A DNA stretch of 64,000 nucleotides, taken from the NCBI RefSeq assembly GCF_009914755.1, contig NC_060942.1; one strand, 5' to 3'. The translations under genes were made by a program, and so were the position numbers. Below are positions 13,382-27,147 of the stretch, in pieces. Position 1 is the stretch's first letter. Each line of letters starts with the position of its first letter. This stretch comes from the human T2T-CHM13v2.0 reference genome, Homo sapiens. The notes under the pieces are model-generated. The model worked only from the letters and a program-made list of their open reading frames with translations, searched no databases and was not told the DNA's origin.

Positions 13382-13624
13382 CTGAGGGCCTCTTTGGTCT
13401 TAACTGGAAGGCCTGTGTAAGGGTTGACAGGTTTGAGAATGTCAGCTAGTGCGGCTTTTACAGATGCTATTTGTTTTGTGATATATTCTTTCTTCCAATA
13501 ACCAGCTTCTTTATCCTGAACTGACAGAAAGCTCATAGACATAGCTATCTTCTCTACTGAATTAAATTTCCAATTTGATCTTGCAGGTGAAAAAGCAGTT
13601 GAGTAGATTCCGATCCAAATAAAA
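13382..13624 (-). CDS. FBXO15: FBXO15 coding exon 4 (243 nt; FIWIGIYSTAF...LPVKTKEALR)
   Basis: Acceptor cttttccctccag|, donor AG|gtacgc; overlaps ORF 13354..13542; frame continuous. Confidence 0.95.
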
Positions 13625-14159
13625 CTGGAGGGAAAAGAGGAAATATGTTAACTAAGAGACACTGTCACCTACCTTAGTCATAATATATCAAATTAGAGAT
13701 GCATATTTTCAAATAATCCAATTCCATGAATAAGCCAAGCTGAATATTTACAGTTGAACGTTCATCTGTTAAAGTGAATTGCAGTTTGAGATTTAGTGTT
13801 TTAAATTCAACACCACCAAAAACACATTTTAAAAAAAGGAAAAGCCCATTTCCCAGGGTCAGGTCTCAAGTGAGTAATCTCACGTTATTTAGGATCATCC
13901 AAACGACTGCCCTCTTATACCAGTAATGGAATAGGAAATATATTATTTAAACATAACAGAAAGTATATGTAGTATGATTCTTGTTTTTAAATACATACAT
14001 GCTTTTAAAAAGATCAGAAAGGATGTATGTACACACACCAAGAAATTTCAATAGGGAACAATGGAATTGAACACTCTTTTTGCTATTTTTTAACTTTCAA
14101 CAAGGAATACGCTTTCACAAAGAGAAAAAAAGTGAAGGTTTTTAATGGTAACAACTAAA

Positions 14160-14410
14160 CAATAGTTAACATTAAATTTTGTCAACACTTACTATGTGTC
14201 AAGCATCGTTTAACCACTTTATGTATTATACATGACTCATTTATTCCTCAGAAAGAAACCAGGAGGTGCTGGTATTCCTGTCCCCACTGCATAGATGCTG
14301 TAACTGAGGCTCAGATGCAAGGTGAGCTGGCCCAGGTCTGTGCACTCAAGTGTATAGTGAAGCTGGGATCGGAACCAGAGCTCACACTCTTATCACCTGG
14401 GTTTCACTGC
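14160..14410. mobile_element. MIR SINE
   Basis: cacttactatgtgtcaagca..ctcatttattcctca..actgaggctcaga..cccaggtc..gctgggatcggaacc. Confidence 0.8.
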
Positions 14411-16544
14411 CTCTTCAATCACAAAGAAATGGGTCAAAGAAACTGAATAAGCTCCCCAAATTCAGAGAGCCAATAAGCCTCAATGTTGGAATTCAAATTC
14501 AGCTCTGACTCAAAGTCTGTTCCTTCCACTCATCTCTACTAAGAGGGCAGGAGAAGCCCCACGAGTGGTGGCAGTGAGCTGGCCTGAGAGCTCCTCCCTC
14601 TCAGCCAGTACTCTCCACCAGGAAAGAGAAGGAAGACACAGGGAAAACTGAGGCAGCGGTTAAAATCAATTCCTTATCTGAAAGGCAAACTTTGCATTTT
14701 AAACATTAATGATTTGCTCATTTAGGTCTCCACATTACTACTCAGAGCAGCATGGGATGAAGCAGTCAACGGCCTGGAGGCTGCAAGGAAAAAGCGATTC
14801 CCCCACAGAGCAGTGGTCCTGAACTGCAGCAGGACCCCTGGGGATAACTGGGTGCTCTGGGGAGGCAGAGCTATTTCCTTAACCACAGCAGAAAAGGACC
14901 ATTTCTCAAACACGTGACTTTGGAACACCACCTCCTTGACTCAGACATTACATGGACTTCCCAACAAATGCAAGCTCACATACAGTCAGACCCTGGTTGA
15001 ATTCTCTTCCTAGTGTGGGTTTCTCAGTCATTTCTCACTCTGCAAAATCACTTCATGCCTAGCTTTTATATTAAAGTGTTTGTGTTTTCAATTCAGAAAT
15101 TTCTAGACTTTCCTATGTAAGCGGACAGATGCAATGCGATGATGAGTTGAGTACATTTAAGTAAAGCTGAAACTGTTTCACCAAAATCCTTTGAATAGAC
15201 ACTTTTAAAACTCCCTTTGCATAAAAGCTTGCTTGTGTTTTCTTCACATTTATTTTATTCAGCATCTCACCCTATGTAAGTATTCCTTTAGCAGGACCTT
15301 TATGGAGCCTTGAATTCCTCACATCAGCACTATCTAAACAACCTCTGATACTATTTTTACATGTGTTAGCACTTACCAACTGCAAAAACAAACACTGCCG
15401 CAGAGATGGGAATCACAGCATAAACTCCACATGCAGTGAGTAACCATAACCACAACTAACATTCGTATGATGAACTATGTTCACATACATGATCATATAT
15501 TACTTACCGTAAGTGAACCTAAGTGAAAACATTTTATATTGCAGATGGTTCCCCTTGATTTTTTATAATATACAAATGTTAAGGTTCAGATACCTTTCAC
15601 AGTCTCCAAACACATTTACTTCTTGATCCCCAAATGCTCCATCCTGTTAGAAGGCCTAGTCAGATTCGAGGACGAGGGCATATTTATCCAACAGAACTAC
15701 CAACAGGCTCAGGGAAACTCAAACAAGTTGTTTAGAAAATGGGGCCAATTTAATGTTCAGATAAATAGTGTTTGCCAGAGTACATGGCAAATAAAACCCC
15801 CTTGTGATAAACCAGATGTCACCTCATCCACACACCCCTGTTTTTCTCACGCAGAGACAGGGCTCACACAGAAGGGAGTAGCCCCGCTGCTGGGATGGGG
15901 CACTGGGGAGCCCCCTGCCCTTCAAGTGTGCCTGCCCATAAGTCATCAGTGTAACTCACTACACTATGTGTGCTTGCCCTCTCTTCAGAAGTAACGCTTA
16001 GAATACACTGTAAACTTTTCAAAAACACATATTGATTACTTGTTCAATTATCACACATCCTTTTCTGTAGTCTGACTTCATGATCAGACGTTGACTTTAA
16101 GAGTCAGACTATGACTCTTTAGGTCCTTTAACAGGACCTAAAAAGTGCAATTCAACTTAGCACAATTAAATATGTCTTTTGAAAAAGAAAAGAAATGTGA
16201 GTGCAATTTCATCAGTAGCTCATATTTCCAAACGGCAACTTCCAAGAAAGTGAGGAGGGCACACAAATAATACTAAAAGTATGCAAAAAACATCACTAGA
16301 GCCATGCTCCAAATCTGATTCCAGGCCTGGTTTCTTCACCATGCAGGTGAAGTGGAGAGAGAAGACAGTAAAGAAACTAAGAAATATACAATGTATCAGC
16401 TTATCTGAAGAGTCTGAGTTCTACCCTTAAATAAAGTGGGAACCCTCCAGAATGCTAGTTTTAGATATTTGGTTGACTCCTTCCTTGAAAAATGCCTTGC
16501 TGTGCTTTCTTTTAGTGACCACCTTCATCTCTTATTAGATCATT

Positions 16545-16962
16545 GTCATAGTCTCTTTGTGTTGCTACAAAGGAATACTTGAGGCTGGGTAATCTGCAAA
16601 GGAAAGAGGTTTATTTGGCTCATAGTTCTGCAGGCTATACAAGGAGCACAACACCAGCATCTGCCTCTGGTGAAGCCTCAGGAAGCTTCTACACGTGGCA
16701 GAAAACCAAGGCGAGCCAACTGTGCAGAGATCACACGGCAGAGAGAGAGAAATAGAGTGAGTGAGCAAGAGAGAAGGAAGGGAGGTCTGCCAGGCTCTTT
16801 TAAACAACCAGCTCTAGAGCAAGAACTACAAGGAAGGCACCAAGCCATTCAGGAGGGATCTGTTCCCATGACCCAGATGACTCCCATTAGGCCCCACTTC
16901 CAACACTGGGGATCAAATTTCAACATGAGGCTTGGGGAAACAAACAAATCTCAACTACGTAA
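16545..16962. mobile_element. MaLR solo LTR (MST-like)
   Basis: gttgctacaaaggaatacttgaggctgggtaat..aaagaggtttatttggctcatagttctgcaggct..ggccccacttccaacactggggatcaaatttcaacatgag. Confidence 0.88.
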
Positions 16963-17332
16963 ACTACAACAATCATTAAGGAAGGGAAATGTAGAAATTG
17001 CTCTAATTCATTCTATAACTACTGTGAAGAACATTATTAGTTCATTCATTGATATGTGTATGTGTGTGTTTGTGTGTGTGTGCATGTATTGACATAGACA
17101 TACATATATTCTTCCATATAGGAAACATCTCTTTAAATTAAAAGAAAAATCACCCTTTCCAACTAGGGAACAGTGTATGTCCTCTTCAGAGTATGACAAT
17201 GGTTGAGGACAGCTTTAATGAGATCTGAGGGCTTATTCTGAGTTCCTCACTTAAGTGGCATACACCTAACAACAAAGATGGACTAGATTAGTTATTTCGG
17301 AACTTGACTATTCATTAGTATGACCTGGAGAA

Positions 17333-17632
<300 letters not shown>

Positions 17633-18727
17633 TGGAGAATTTTTAAAATACAGATTTCAGAGCACTAAATTATAATCCCTAGAAATGCAGACTAGGGATG
17701 GAAATGTTTTAAACTTTCCCAGGTGGTTCATATGTAGTCTTCCCTGGATGGCATCTGAGAACCACTGCACTAAATGACATTCTTGTCCACCATGTTCCAG
17801 GGTTAACTAATATGACAGCTCTCATTCTGCCACTCTCCGTCTCCTTACCTAGCAAACAAAACCATCAGTTAAAACCGGCATTCCCTCTCATCTTGCTGAT
17901 CTCCCCAGCTGACATGCAGGTTCTATGTAGGAATGATGTTTGTCTGATCTTTTGATGCTAAATGAGAGAGGGGCCTAAAAAGCCAAGATGTTCTGTTGTA
18001 AGCCACGAAATCCTCACTGAAAGGAGGATTCCACCATCTCTCCCTCCAAGATACAATTCTGAGATGCAGGCTAAGATTATAGTGACAAACAGAAGCAGAG
18101 GTTTCTCCCCTTCCTTCCTAGATCCACCCCCTGCAAGACCAGATGACCACAGGTGAACCCCTCTCTTTTGGCTCCCTTCATCCAAGCGTACAACCTCTAG
18201 GAGAGGACAGTCTTGGCCTCTCTCTATCCATTTCGCTCTCCCCACAGAGTAAGTTAACTTGATTGGCATGTTTGGGAGGAGAAGCTAAGTACACCTAACT
18301 TAGTCTCTTCCTTCTCTTTCTTTAGGATCTGCTTGGCCATCAGCAGAGAGCACTCATTCTGCTCTGCGAATGCACGGCTAGGGTCAAAGCCAGCAGGTCC
18401 CTGCAGTGCTGCTTGAGACTCTGTGGTTAGGTCTGATTCTGTGGGGAATACAGCGAAGACCTCCTGGCAACAGACCTGAAGCTGCATTCTGTAACAGCTA
18501 CAGCAATAACAAGTTTGATTTTTTTGTTCCATGCAAAGTATATTCCTTTAAGCATATAAATGCAAATATTTGAAAATTTCATAGTTAAAGCATTTGACAT
18601 TTCCACTTGTGTGTAAAAATACTCTTGAATTCTCTTAAATTCTTAAAAATGGTTAAAAAGTTACTAGTTTTCCTGACTTCCATCAAACTGTCATCAAAAC
18701 ATAACAGAGACTTGGATTTCTGCTTAC

Positions 18728-18832
18728 TTGTCATTGGCTAGATGATAAAAGCGCCTGCTCACACATCCAGTACACAGAAGGCTCACAGCATCCAAGTAGG
18801 AAAATATCTTCAGCAAGATTTCTGAAGGCATT
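18728..18832 (-). CDS. FBXO15: FBXO15 coding exon 3 (105 nt), F-box core MPSEILLKIFSYLDAVSLLCTGCVSRRFYHLAND
   Basis: Acceptor ttctgttttgcag|, donor AA|gtaagca; canonical F-box pattern (P.EIL..IF.YL...L.....V.R.F). Confidence 0.96.
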
Positions 18833-19102
18833 CTGCAAAAACAGAAAAAGAAAAAAAAAATCACCAGAGTGGACCAGGGCTTAATCTGCAGATTACCCAG
18901 AAAACAACTGGCTGCTCATCTCTAAATAGAAGGCCGTAGAGAGACCCCTCCTGTACAAGAGGCAAACTGTACCCTCATCTTCAATTACTTTCTTTATTGA
19001 AACGTTCTGGTTATTCTAATTCTCATGACATAAACCATAAATAGAGCCAAGGGTTGGAAGAGCTAACTTCCTCAGCATTTTAATCACGTTCATACACTGT
19101 GA

Positions 19103-19363
<261 letters not shown>

Positions 19364-21559
19364 TAAACTAGGTATGTTTCTTTAGTGAGATAAAAAGAGA
19401 ATCAGAGAACATATTCTTAGGTATTAATAAGAAAAACACAGAATCTCTTTCCCCAAAAAAGTAAGTATAATGGGAAATAGCAGCTTATTCCCACCTCGCC
19501 CACACCGATCCCAGGCGCCACCTTCTGAGCACCCTTGGGCTTTTCACTGCTTCGTCTGGGGCTTCAAGGAGACACCAAGGGCCATAAGTTTTTTCTGAAG
19601 TGTCTGTTTTATTTGTATGCCTAAATATGATAGTGAGATATAGTCTCAATATTCCACCTATTTCTATGATCTCAGAATTCTATAAAACACAGTAATAATC
19701 TGAAAGCGACTAGAAAGTATCACTAGTGTCAAGAAGTCAGGAGTGCGCCTCTGTGAATCTTCAGCAAAAGGGCAAGCGGCAACAGAGCTACCACAGATTG
19801 TATCAAGGGTCGGTGGGGGGCAGTTCTAGGGATAAAGGAGTCAGGGGAGAAATCTTTTGTCCAATTTAAAAGGGCTTGCCCATACTGTCTACTTGTGATT
19901 GTTATGATTTTAAATTTGTTTATTTTTCAAGGAAATGAGGTAACTGGGTGTTTCACAGGAAAATAATCAGTCCTATAACTCCGATAATACTGAGAAAGAA
20001 TAAAGTAGATCTTCAGAAAAAAGACAGTTAACGTTATGCCTGTTGGATATGCATCACCATGTAAATGTCCCCACTGCTCAAATCTCCAGCTATAGTTAAC
20101 CAGAGACGTTCTGAGAGTTTAAACGAAAAGCTTTGCTTAAGCATTAATTAAATCAGTCCCCAAAATAAAACCCCTCCCATTCAGAGTCAATAAATTAGAT
20201 CCTTGCAATGAGAAAAAGTCTCTAATGCTAGAGACAGCAAAGTTGCAAGAAAACATATTTTTGTGACCATTTGGATTATTCATTGCATATAATTTTTATA
20301 TTTTGATTTAACTATTTCACAAAACTTCATATCTATTATTTTTTAAATCAGTACCATTGAACAAAAAAACAGAGCTGGGCTTAAAGACATTTCAGAAAAG
20401 TATCCAGCAACTACCAGAATTATTTAACTGGAATGAAATCCCATTCAAGACAGGCATTCAGCAGGTTTTTACCTTCCTCCCCACTGGACTAACCTAATGA
20501 AAAGGGGGGTACTCTGTGTCCTTCTAGCAAAAGGAGAAAATCTCTACTTTATAGTTAAGACAGTGGAGATCGAATACATTCTTAATCATTGTTCAAATAA
20601 TTTCTTCTAACCTGGTACACAATGTTTACACCCATATTGGATTACTTTCTGTTGGATTCTAGTTATTTCACTTTGTGTGGGGTAAGGAGACAGGATGATA
20701 GGGAGATAAGGGAAAGGGGAGGTGAGAGGCAGGACCGTTAAAGAAGTTCAGAATGTAGAACAAAGAAACTGCTCTAAACCAACAAGCTTCCCTGAGAATG
20801 TTAATTTGTGCGTGTTCATTTTCAGTACTGTGGGAATTCAAATGTGAACACGTCCTTGTCCCTGCTTCATATTGTGGATCTATCCCAATATTCCTGCTTT
20901 CCTCACTTTCTTCCCCCTATTCCGATGGAGAATGCTCACTTCCTCTCATCAAAGCACCGGTGCTCTAGGTCCCCACGGTTTCTGCACAAGGACCTCAGCC
21001 TCCGGTTCCTGCCTCCCTCTTCCACACTGTTCATAGGAGCCTCTGAATCACCCTGAATCTCTCATCTGAAACTGCACTCTTCCTTTGGTTCTCCCCACCC
21101 CCATCTCTCTGGAGCCGCCACCTAATTTCTAGGCTCCCTCGCACTGCCAAGCTCTGGGAAAGAACAAAAGAAAACAAAACACTTGTCTACACCTGTTGCC
21201 TCCACCTCCAAGCTCCCTAATTTTTGCTTTCTACATTCCAGTGTGGAATAGAACACACGCAAGTAGGAAAATGAGCGGCCAGCCCCTTCCCTTGCATTCA
21301 CCTGCAACAGCTGTGAGGGGCCACCATGCCCTGCTGCCTCCTCCCCCCGCCTCCCCAGGCCGCAGGTCACCGACTGCTCTTGTGTTGCAGGCTCTCTCCT
21401 CTTCTGCTTCACACACAGCCTCTCCTCAATGTCTTGGACCTCAGGGCTCTTCCCTGCCTGCTTGGTTGGTTCTCACTGCCGCAGGTCCTCCAAGCTTGCT
21501 CCTGAGTCGCCTTTGCCTTCCCTTCCCCACCCTTTCCCTAAGCCACCTCACCCAGCTCC

Positions 21560-22330
21560 ATGACTGCTGACCCCACCAGGCCTCATCCTGAGCCAGACTG
21601 ACACATCCATCATCCATCTGGCATCCTCCTTTGCACCTATCCCAGGCATCTCAGCTGTAACCAGTCCAAAGTCATTATCATGGCCCTCTCTTCCGCCCTG
21701 ACCCCACCTCTCTTCCATCTCAGTCAACAGCACCTCAACCTGTGCTACTGCTTCAGCCAACAGCTCTGGATTCCTACTTGCCTGTTTCCCCCTCACACCT
21801 ACATTAATTCATAAATGAATCATGTCAGCCATGCCCCCAACTATATCTCCCACTTGCCTGTGTCTCTCCGTCTTCCCTACTTCTAGAGAAGAGAGGTAAA
21901 CAAATAAACAAGATAATTTGGGAAACTACATGGCATCCACACTCCTCCCCAGAGCCTGGTAGCCCCACCTGATGGGCTCCCCGACCCCCACACTGTTCCT
22001 GCAGCATCTGGAGCCCCCACCACCACACCTCTGGTCTCCCCTCGCTGGCAAGCTCCTCTCGAAGCTCCTGAGTCTCAGTGTTCAGTTCTCATCTTAAATG
22101 CGCCTCCTGAAGTAAGTCTTTCCTCACCACGCCACCCCATTATTCTGGACTGGGGGATCCATTTGTTTTCTCAACAACAGGTATCCCAGCTTACTGTATT
22201 TTAAATCTGCCTCCCCGACTAATCATCAGCTTCATGAGAACATGTGAGTGGCTCACCATTTCTGTCCCAGCACCAAGAACAGTATCTGCTACAGAGTAGG
22301 TCCTCAAATATTTAATGGATGGACTAACCA
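21560..22330. mobile_element. Degenerate LINE-2 segment(s)
   Basis: Pyrimidine-rich L2-like text (catctcagctgtaaccagtccaaa..cttccatctcagtcaacagcacc) ending cagagtaggtcctcaaatatttaatggatggact. Confidence 0.6.
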
Positions 22331-23167
22331 AAGGAATATTTGCTCCATTTCTCATATCAGATGCCTGTAAAACAGCCTATTCCCAGAGCATAGGGTTTTA
22401 AGCTGAAATTAATGTCCTTAATGAAATATCCTTTCTGGCTTTTTTTAAAATACACTGAAATGTGTATACAGATATGTACACTGTTAGCTGAGCAAGCTGT
22501 GATACAGTATTAAAAGCCCAGAACTTGAAATCAGGCAACTTATATCTGAATCACACAGTTCTGCAATATGCAGACTACGTGGGCCTAGCTTCCTGCAGTG
22601 TAAAATGTCTCTCTGTGATCATCTCAAGCTTTCAGGCTCCCCATGAGGCTTAGCATATAATCGGTGTTCCATAAATGTTACTACAGTACAAATCTATGGA
22701 CTTCTGAGCATCAATTAAACATAATAATTTTTTAAAGCTTCTGTGGATCTTGGTGCTGAGGGTCACAGCACAGAATCTTGCCATGGCAAATGGGCTCCCA
22801 GATATTGAAAGCTGAGAAATGAACAGAGCTCTTGAGCTTTCAGGAAAACACACTTTAATCTTCTTTCTTTCTCCTTTTTCAAGGGTCTTTATCAACTCAA
22901 AAGTGAATATTTTTGAAGAACGTTTTAATAAAAGGAAAATTCAATTTACTTGTCACTTCTTGAAGTTTCGTTTCATAAAGTTCATCTCATAAGGATAGTG
23001 GTGACAGGCCCATGACTCATCAAATGCTCCATGCTGTACTGTCTTCCTACACAATCCTATTCTTAGCAAGCTCAAAATAGCAACTTGGTATATACAGCAT
23101 CATAACTTTCTCTAATAACCCCATGCCTAGAGGCCCCCAAAAGTGACAGTCTACTTCTGCTACTTAC

Positions 23168-23278
23168 CCATCCAGGAACCCAGAACAGCAGGAGAAAGAG
23201 CTCTCCCAGTGCTGTCCACCTCCGGCATGGCACCTCAGGGCAGCAGAGCCTGCAGAAAGCTTGACCCCTGGCCCCTTT
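23168..23278 (-). CDS. FBXO15: FBXO15 coding exon 2 (111 nt; KGPGVKLSAGSAALRCHAGGGQHWESSFSCCSGFLDG)
   Basis: Acceptor tttactttcag|, donor GG|gtaagta; joins in frame (phase 2/2) with exons 1 and 3. Confidence 0.92.
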
Positions 23279-23440
23279 CTGAAAGTAAATGTGGGAAATT
23301 CAAATTATGTAATTACCAAATGAGGTGAATTATCTATTCCCTTCTACAAAATTCCAAAGGATTCATAAACTCCAAAGATTACTCACTGAAAAACTTAATT
23401 TCTGCAAAGAAAAAAAGGAAGGGAAGAAGAAAAGATGGAA

Positions 23441-23652
23441 GGAAGGAAGAAAGGCAGGGAGAAGGGAGGAAGAGACAGTGAAACCTTGATGGTAAGCAAG
23501 GAAGAAAGGCAGGGAGAAGGGAGGAAGAGACAGTGAGACCTTGATGGTAAGGAAGGAAGAAAGGCAGGGAGAAGGGAGGAAGAGACAGTGAGACCTTGAT
23601 GGTAAGGAAGGAAGAAAGGCAGGGAGAAGGGAGGAAGAGGCAGTGAAACCTT
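23441..23652. repeat. Minisatellite, 55-bp unit, about 4 copies (ggaaggaagaaaggcagggagaagggaggaagagacagtgagaccttgatggtaa)
   Basis: Identical phase at 23441 and 23551 (110 = 2 x 55); few substitutions between copies. Confidence 0.95.
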
Positions 23653-25354
23653 TAGTGTCCTGGTAAGGAAACCTCAAGACCGTACTTACTCTGATGTGCT
23701 TTCACCCAAAGGTTTAGAAATATACACTCTCACTGTAGGCTTTCAACATGTCAAAGAGGTGTTACCAAATACATTTAATGGAAACAAAAAGGATACAGTT
23801 AGTGTACTGATTAGCCAATTTGGATAAAACAGAAACCATTAAAGTTTTTTTTAAAAAACTTACTATTAGTAAACTAGAACTGTCAACATAAAACACAATC
23901 TACAACTTTTCTGATCTTTGAGGGTTCCAACTCTAGCTTTTGCAGTCATAGACAAACTACCAAATACTCATCCACAAACTTTTACATTTTAACCTCTCCC
24001 ATTCAATGCAATATATTTTCACTGGCCATCTTTTTATTTTAGTGGTACAGAAAACAGTAGTGCATCTTAGAATGAATGGTTTTTTAGATTCAATGAAATA
24101 GCATATAATATTTTTATGCAGTGAGTCTTTTTCAGAGGTTCCTAAAGTAAATTTTATTAAGATCAGTCCTCAAAACCAGTAGTACTCAGCAGCACCTTGA
24201 GGGAATCTGAAACACCAGAAAATCATACAGCTCACAGCCTCCATGTCTAGGCAGCAGCACACCCGGAGAGCCATGAATGGTTACACTATTTCTCTAGGAA
24301 AGGTTTGGAAGCTTCTGCTTTAAGCAACATACAACACACAGGTATTGGATATTGGCGCACCTCCTTCCTGATGTGCTATTTAAGAAGTGGCTAAATCCTA
24401 GAGAGTACATTATGTATACGCTCAGTTCACCAACATCATTGCTTTGAATGTGTACTTTGTGCACTGACAGTTTAACCACCCTCAGTTTTTCACACCAGGC
24501 CAATTCCCCAGATATAGTTGAAACAACATTCATAAAGGAGGGCAACAATTGGGAGCAAAAAAAGAGATGCCTTAAGAACTTGGAAGAAAAAGTAATGAAC
24601 CAACCCCCCTGAAAGCTGAAGTATGAAATCCACACACAACTGGTCTTAACAGAGGATGGCCCTCAACTCTGAGCACAACCTATTAGATGACACAAGTGGT
24701 GAAAAAGGAGCCCTTGCCCTAGGCATCAGCTGGCCAGGTGACAGTGTAGCCTGGAGCCTACCGCAAGACAGCATCATGATATGCAGCACGCACTCAAATC
24801 ACCCACTGGCACCTGGCTGCCCTGCTTCCCAGGCACAAGTCTCCACATGCTTCCAAGCAGCTACAGAGTAAATTCCTCTTCCCTTTGTGAATTTTTCTCT
24901 CTAGAAAAAAGCACAGTAGCTGGTACAGGGTAGGCCCTCCACAAATATTAGTGATCAGCTGCTCCACTGGCATCTCAACAAAGAAGTTGCATAAGGTAAA
25001 CTTTTCCAGATCCTGTAAGAGTAAAAATGCACCGAGGAAAAAAAAATGCTGGCTCCACATGCCTTTCCATCCCAGCTTCAGTAAAAGGTGCTTAATATAC
25101 TTTTGGTCTTATATGACTTTCTAGCCAATGGTTTTCAATCTGTGCTCTGCAGGGCAGGAAGACAGGGAGAAAGGACAGGAAGAAATGCTAATTGGGACAT
25201 TTTTGCAATACCCTCTCCTCCTTTAATCAGATAATTCTACCTGTTATATATTTTTGTACTTCTGTTAGAAATTTTGTTTAAACACAGATTTCCACAGGAG
25301 AAAAGCTTAGGCTCCATTAACATGGTCCTAACATAGTAATCATAAGTAAAATAT

Positions 25355-25780
25355 CATTTCCTAATTGCATTCGTCTCCTAAGACTACCTTCACAAACTGG
25401 GTGACTCAGAACAACAGAAATGTATTATGTCTCAGTAGCCAGATGTCCAAAACCCAAGTTGTCAACAGGGCCGTGCTCCCTCTGAAGGCTCTAGAGAGGA
25501 TCATTCCTTTTTCTGGTGGTTGCCAGAAATCCTTGGTGTCCCTTAGTTTGTGTCAGCATAACTCTAATCTCTGCCCCCATCTTCACAGAGCAATCTTCCC
25601 TCTAGGCATATCTGTCTCTGTGCCTCTTCTTATAAGGATATCATTCATATTGCACTTAGGACCCTCCCTCATCCAGTATGACCTCATCTTAACTAATTAT
25701 ACCTGCAGAGACCCTATATCTAAAGAAAGTCACATCCTGGTGTTCCAGAAGGACATAAATAACTTTAGAAGGTATAATAC
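25355..25780. mobile_element. MaLR LTR (MLT1-like)
   Basis: cacaaactgggtgactcagaacaacagaaatgtatt..ctctgaaggctctagagagga..ccagtatgacctcatcttaactaattat. Confidence 0.85.
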
Positions 25781-26689
25781 ACTTTGTTTACTGTCAATAG
25801 TCAACACAGTAAACAAATTTGTAATACATTCTAAAATTATTTAAAAGCATGACTTATTTTTAAATGGTTATTATTGTTGTAAAGTCTGTATTGACTTATA
25901 TTACATATTCAAAGATAAAATATCTACAATTGATAAAGGATTCTAACACTTAAGCTTCAAATAAAGGGAATTTCTATCATTCCTTCATCAAACAATAACA
26001 ATTCCTATCAGGAGCTCCAAACCTGTAACCCTTAAGCCTATGGGAGTGTGGGGGTTGGCTGTACCTAGAATCGGAGTCCACACATACCCTAAGCATCATA
26101 TGAATAATTCTATATATACTTTAAACATAAATATTATTGTAGTTCATCAAATATAATTTTATTTAAGATATTAAATAAATACCTTACTGAATCAGTAACA
26201 GCTTTTTGTCATTGTTTATTTCCTCAATAAGAAGCCAGAAAAATAAAAACTGTTACCTTAGGCCTTTCCAAGAGAACCAAAGAAAAGTAAATTCATCTGA
26301 TGGATCAATTTTAATCTAGCAATTGGCAAATACCAAATAAATGATGATGATTCATGCTGGCTATGTTACAAAGAAACAGGCATCCTCATTTACTGCCCGT
26401 AAGACAAGATACAGTGGTACAAACGTTATGGAAAGCCAAATCTGATATTGGAATCCAGGATCCTTAAAAAGCACATATGCTCTTTTAAGCCAGGAATTCC
26501 ACTTCTAGAAATGTGCACAGATAGTTCACTCAAGAATGTCCATCTCAGAGTTGTCTGCACTGGGGGAAAAAAATACTAAAAACGGTATAGAGATTGGTTA
26601 AATTGCATGGTCTCCATAGAGTTAACAATGTCTAGTCAATTAAAATATAGATTTTTCAACCCAGGTTAAGTGTTTGAATTAGAAACAGG

Positions 26690-27025
26690 TCCCTGATGGC
26701 CTCCAGGTGTCTATATGGCTTGCTCCCTCACTTTCTTCAGCCATTTACTACAATGTCACCATCTCACTGAGACCTTCCTTGGCTGTTATATTTAAACTGC
26801 AATCCAGTCCCCTCTGCCACACACACATGCACTTTGTGTCCTTTCTCTGTTTCTCTCCTTAGCACACATCACCATCCAACACTATACATTTAACCTGCCT
26901 GTCTTGCTTACTATCGCTGGAATGACATGGGCAGTTATACTGCATGGGTTTGTTCACTGCTGATCGTTCAGCACCCACAATATGCCTGGCATGCGAGCAG
27001 CATTCAATAAATATCGCTGAATCAC
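26690..27025. mobile_element. LINE-2 3' end
   Basis: atggcttgctccctcactttcttcag..aatgtcaccatctcactgagaccttcc..tgttcactgct..tgcctggcatg..cattcaataaatatcgctgaat. Confidence 0.8.
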
Positions 27026-27067
27026 TAACAGTATAACTGAGAAAGCAGGTTATATCAGTATATACTA

Positions 27068-27147
27068 CTAGGTTGGTGCTAAAGTAATTGCGGCTTTTGC
27101 CATTACTTTCAGTAACAAAAACCACAATTACTTTTGCACCAACCTAA
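27068..27147. mobile_element. MADE1 (Hsmar1-derived 80-bp mariner MITE), full length, TA target-site duplication
   Basis: TA-ctaggttggtgctaaagtaattgcggcttttgccattactttcagtaacaaaaaccacaattacttttgcaccaacctaa-TA; long terminal inverted repeats. Confidence 0.96.

Noticed and set aside
25365-25844. 159-aa plus-strand ORF
   Set aside because: Coincides with an MLT1-type LTR and begins at a non-ATG codon (ttg).
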